From NCBI RefSeq assembly GCF_035594765.1, contig NC_085842.1, positions 140,071,036 to 140,135,035 on the forward strand: DNA of 64,000 nucleotides, read 5' to 3'. Each line of letters opens with the position of its first letter. The first letter of the stretch is position 1. Source of the stretch: Anolis carolinensis. Its lineage: Eukaryota. Shown here piece by piece: positions 59,563-64,000 of the stretch. The notes beneath the pieces were generated by a model. The model was not told where the DNA came from. It ran no database searches and worked only from the letters and a program-made list of their open reading frames with translations. Position numbers and translations under genes: made by a program.

Positions 59563-60007
59563 TAGTGACCAAATTCAGTCATTATTTATGAATTCTGATA
59601 GCTTGGCAGGGATTGTAGCTGTTAATCTCTGATGATTTTAGTCCTGGGAGGTAAGAATACTGCAGGAAAAAGTAGGTATCTGATTTCAGAGATAAATGAA
59701 AGCTTGTGGCATTTTCAACGAGTTTATTCATTCTGTCCTCGTAGGGGTTAGCTACTGGACCAAGTGATGAAACTATATATATACTTTAACAGATTATCAT
59801 TAGGGCTATTTGTCCATTCTGTGTTCTATATTATAGTGTTGTATCAGTGGGATATTCATGATTCTAAAGCATGTGCAGATATTTCTTGCTCATATGCACA
59901 TCGGTGAATCTCTGCAGAATTAATCCAAATGTTTAAAAATGTACCTTCCTGCATTGTGTGTGAAGTGCCCAATGAAGCTGTTGATAACACCTATTAATAT
60001 ATACAAT

Positions 60008-60167
60008 NNNNNNNNNNNNNNNNNNNNNNNNNNNNNNNNNNNNNNNNNNNNNNNNNNNNNNNNNNNNNNNNNNNNNNNNNNNNNNNNNNNNNNNNNNNNN
60101 NNNNNNNNNNNNNNNNNNNNNNNNNNNNNNNNNNNNNNNNNNNNNNNNNNNNNNNNNNNNNNNNNNN
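60008..60167. other. Assembly gap (160 N)
   Basis: run of N. Confidence 1.
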
Positions 60168-60416
60168 TCCCAGGTATAGAAGGAGTGTACCAAGGTCTCC
60201 AGTCTTCGGTCCCGGGTATACGATAGCTGCGTTCCTCTGCTAGAACCTCCAAACATATACAATCAAGGTGACAGTAAGAACACAGAACTATGGGTTTATC
60301 AACAGGTTTCTGTGGCTCTTGTCTAATGATACTGGCTTTCCTTTCTGATATGTGTGATTCTATAACTTCTGGGATATCTCAGGAACAGGGAGTTATTCTT
60401 TACTCTCATTTATCTC

Positions 60417-60842
60417 AATCATAGAATCATAGAATAGTAGAGTTGGAAGAGACCTCATGGGCCATCTAGTCCAACCCCCCGCTAAGAAGCAGGAAATCGC
60501 ATTCAAAGCACCCCCGACAGATGGCCATCCAGCCTCTGCTTAAAAGCTTCCAAAGAAGGAGCCTCCACCACAGCCCGGGGGAGAGAGTTCCACTGTCAAA
60601 CAGCTCTCACAGTGAGGAAGTTCTATCTGATGTTCAGGTGGAATCTCCTTTCCTGTAGTTTGAAGCCATTGTTCCATGTCCTAGTCTGCAGGGCAGCAGA
60701 AAACAAGCTTGCTCCCTCCTCCCTATGACTTCCCTTCACGTATTTGTACATAGCTATCATGTCTCCTCTCAGCCTTCTCTTCTGCAGGCTAAACATGCCC
60801 AGCTCTTTAAGCTGCTCCTCATAGGGCTTGTTCTCCAGACCC
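60417..60842 (-). mobile_element. Young CR1 3' end
   Basis: [28 protein letters not shown]; terminal (ATTCTATG)n. Confidence 0.92.
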
Positions 60843-61467
60843 ATGTGGGTTGGATGAAGCTGCAACAGTATACAATAGAACTACGATAGATTAATTTCCT
60901 ATCAGTGGGAAGGTAGCCATTGGAAAATCAGTAGTGTTACAAATTGGGAAAGAATGGGTAAATTGAAAAGGGCACAGCAAAGGAATAAAGAACTGTGAAC
61001 CATATTGAGGACTGTGACTGAAAAGAGATAGAAATCCAATGGATGAATTGAATACCTACTACAAGGTGCATCAACAAAACAGCTCTATAACATTTATTTG
61101 GCCTCTACTTGTTATTAAAATGGTTGTTCCCCTTATCTTTTACACTGAGGTTATTATTGACGTGCCATTCTCTTCAATAGGCAGGGCCTCCTAATTAAGG
61201 ATGGCAAAGAATTATAACTATGTGACCACCAAGAAGGGAGGAATTGGTTACAGCTGATCAAAACACAGCAATGAGAAACTGAGGGAAAATATATGACAAA
61301 GGAAGACTCTGAGGCTTGACAGAAACTGCAGAGTTGCAAATTTCTGATGTTTTGTAGGTAAGATGCTGCCCTGAGATTTTCTGTTTTCTGTTAATAAAAA
61401 ATGGGAAGGGGTAGAATCCAATCTTCATGGAAGGACAAACTATTCCTAGGGCACCTATGCTCTACAG

Positions 61468-61918
61468 CGGAGCTTTCCAAACATGTCATATTGGTGACAC
61501 ACCTTTTTAGACATGCATCATTTCACCACGCAGTAATTCAATTTTACTAGCAAACCAGAGGTTAAACCAACCCTTTCTAAGAGATATGAACACATACATA
61601 AATTCTAATAATGAAATGTATGGGAACATAACATATCTCATGAAAACCTTTCTATATTGATTTATCACTTATTTCACATAGACTTAGAGATTTTTCATTA
61701 TGTTTGCATAACACATTTACACACTGCAGCTGACATACTAATGTGTCTGACACACAGCTTGAAAAGCTCTGCTTTACCGCAATGGTGCACAACCTGTGGC
61801 CCTCCAGGTGTTTGGGACTTCAATTCCCAGAACAAACCCTAGCCAGCTTGTCCAATGGTCAAGAATTCTGGGAGCTAAAATCTAAACTACCTGAAAGGCC
61901 ACAAGTTGTGCACCACTG
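61468..61918. mobile_element. Two abutting Charlie/Buster-type hAT elements
   Basis: c.gagctttccaa../gaaaagctctg and caatggtgcacaac../gttgtgcaccactg with degenerate CTNTANAG-type flanks. Confidence 0.55.
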
Positions 61919-63149
61919 CTCAACAGAATGGTGCAGTGGTCTGAGTGTTGGGCTAGGACACTGGAATAGAGTTCAAATCCTGACATGGTTGTAGAAAGCC
62001 ACTGGGTGACCTTGGACAAGTCGCACTCTCAGCCTCAGAGGAAACCTAAGTCAAACCACCTGTGAACAATATCTCACATGATAAGTTCACCTTAGGATTT
62101 CCCTAAGTCAGAGATGGTTTGAAAGCAAACAACAACAACATGATACAACAGAAGCAGACCGACTGTGGTCCTGAACAAGTATATGGCTCCTTCAATAATA
62201 TTTCTTCATCTTTTACCCAGGCAGTCCTTTTTTGCACGGCCCCCACCCTACCCTGCCCTAAGAATTGTCTCTTCAGGGGGAAAAAACATATATCTCTAAA
62301 TAGCGTGAAGCATCCAATCACCCATCTCCTATTTCAAGTAAAGTATTTTTCAAACCTGGAGGTTATTGTCTGCCCACTTCTCTCTTTTTTAAAATCTTTT
62401 TCAGTAGTTTTGGCAACTTCTGGAAAGTTCTAGGGACAGAAAAGTGGTCCTTGGGTATACCACCTTTGTCTACCCCTGATCTATAGAACCACATGTATTC
62501 AAGGTTTAGGAAGCTTTTGTCAAAGCAAAGAATGTATAGGAATTGTAGTAAGTAATTCTTAAACTATGGTATTGCAGACTACTCTTCTGGTCTTTGTTGA
62601 ACATTGCAATTGAGGCAGTTGTTTAACATGCTTTCCGCTCAATCCCCAAGAATTCATTCTGTGCTTCAGTGAATAAAAATACATCAAAAAAGGGAATGGG
62701 TGGCTAATAGTAGTTTTATATACATTCCATCTCGTAGCAGGTTGTTACTTAAAGCACCATTGTTCAGAGTAGCAGTGGCAACCATGTGGCCATCCAAATA
62801 CTGGTGAACTACTACTGTCATTACCTTTTGCATTTGCTGGTGAGAACTGGAGTCCAGCAACATTTAGAGTGCCATAAGTTCCATACCCATAATTTAAAGA
62901 TTTGAAGTAAGATTAATGAATGTTTGCCTCCCTCCCACCCTCCACTCCGGCCGCACTACCACTACCATTGCCTGATTCAGCAGACTGTTAAATGAAGCTA
63001 TATGCACCTATAACAAAGCAAACATCTTCTCATTATCTCTAGCTGAGGTACTCCAAAGGTATCTGTGCTGTGCTTGACTTTAATCTATACCATAAGTACT
63101 TGATTAAGTCTTATGTACAATACTGAAAGAGCAGCTTTGAGGAACTAGA

Positions 63150-63609
63150 TGAAATTATGAAGTATAGAGATATATCATTAGCTGGACTGTGAAGAAAGTT
63201 GATAGGAAGTGAACCAACCCATTTTCTATATGGTGCTGGAGAAGAGTTCTGTGGATACCATGGACTGCCAAAAAGACAAGTCCTAAATACTGTACATATT
63301 TGGACTGAAGCCTTCTTCAGCTGAATCCCCAGACAAATAAGTTCAATAATATCAGCACTATCTCCAAACTATCTTACTTTGACCATACCATTATAATGTA
63401 TGATTCATTAGAACAGACAGTGGCCTTGGCAAGTTGGAAAGCGGTAGAGAAAGAAAACAACCACATTACAGGTGGATAGACTCAGTCAAGGTAGTCACAG
63501 CCAATAGCTTGCAAGACTGGAACAGATCTGTTGATAACAGAGTGGTTTTGAAGTTTCTCATTCATAGTCACACCATAAAAATTGATTTCATGACTGTTAA
63601 CAACAACAA
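63150..63609 (+). mobile_element. RTE/BovB-like LINE 3' fragments
   Basis: tggtgctggagaaga..ataccatggactgccaaaaagac; RWIDSVK peptide; (CAA)n tail. Confidence 0.65.
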
Positions 63610-64000
63610 TATTGTACGTATTTAGGCTGAAGCCTTCTTCAGCTGAATCCTCAGACAAATAAGTTCAGTAATATCATCACTTATCTCCAAAAGCTACATC
63701 ATTTGCTGCTCACCTTCGTGTGAATTCTGGACTAAGCCTCAACCTTAAACCATGATAACATTCAACAGTGCAACTTTTAAAGAAAAACATAGCAATGTTA
63801 TTCTCTTTAACTAAAAAAAGATTAGTGGTTTATGAAACAGGTGAAAGTGACAGGAGCTACAGATGCCAAGGTTATATCCCCAGAAAGTCACTTTCATCCA
63901 GCTCCAGATAGACTTGGGAGCATACTGTCCTTTCTTTCATGTCAGGTCACTCAAAATTGGCAATAAACAATCACATCCCTCATGAAAGATGAATTCTTAG

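Noticed and set aside
59920-60262. ORFs spanning N and the CpG-rich stretch after the gap
   Set aside because: Gap artefact; contig-edge sequence is likely low quality

Overview
Vertebrate genomic DNA, almost certainly an Anolis lizard (Sauria SINE, AnolisSINE2, anole-type CR1/L2/Penelope/hAT repeats). The window holds one complete sarcomeric myosin heavy chain gene on the minus strand, recognisable as the embryonic isoform MYH3. I traced 39 coding exons by hand from ATG 57724 to TGA 23892. They total 5835 nt (1944 aa, or 1943 via a NAGNAG acceptor), with consistent phases and one GC-AG intron. Two probable 5' non-coding exons, a TATA/CArG/MEF2 promoter (~59.4-59.6 kb) and tandem poly(A) signals (~23.7 kb) complete the gene. 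Bases 1-23 kb are TE-rich sequence downstream of MYH3 (in mammals this is the MYH3-MYH2 interval with the fast-Myh super-enhancer), containing several TE-free islands with clustered muscle motifs. The most notable observations are: (i) a 1.9-kb OC1/Charlie-type hAT composite in intron 29 carrying GC-rich cargo and a Penelope palindrome with two back-to-back minimal hammerhead ribozymes with intact cores, one in the MYH3 sense orientation; (ii) an exon-32 acceptor whose polypyrimidine tract appears to lie on the wrong strand (possible microinversion); (iii) a NAGNAG acceptor in actin-binding loop 2. Most ORF-track entries are exon fragments, TE remnants or noise. Family names and comparisons with human MYH3 come from recalled consensus sequences, not database searches.
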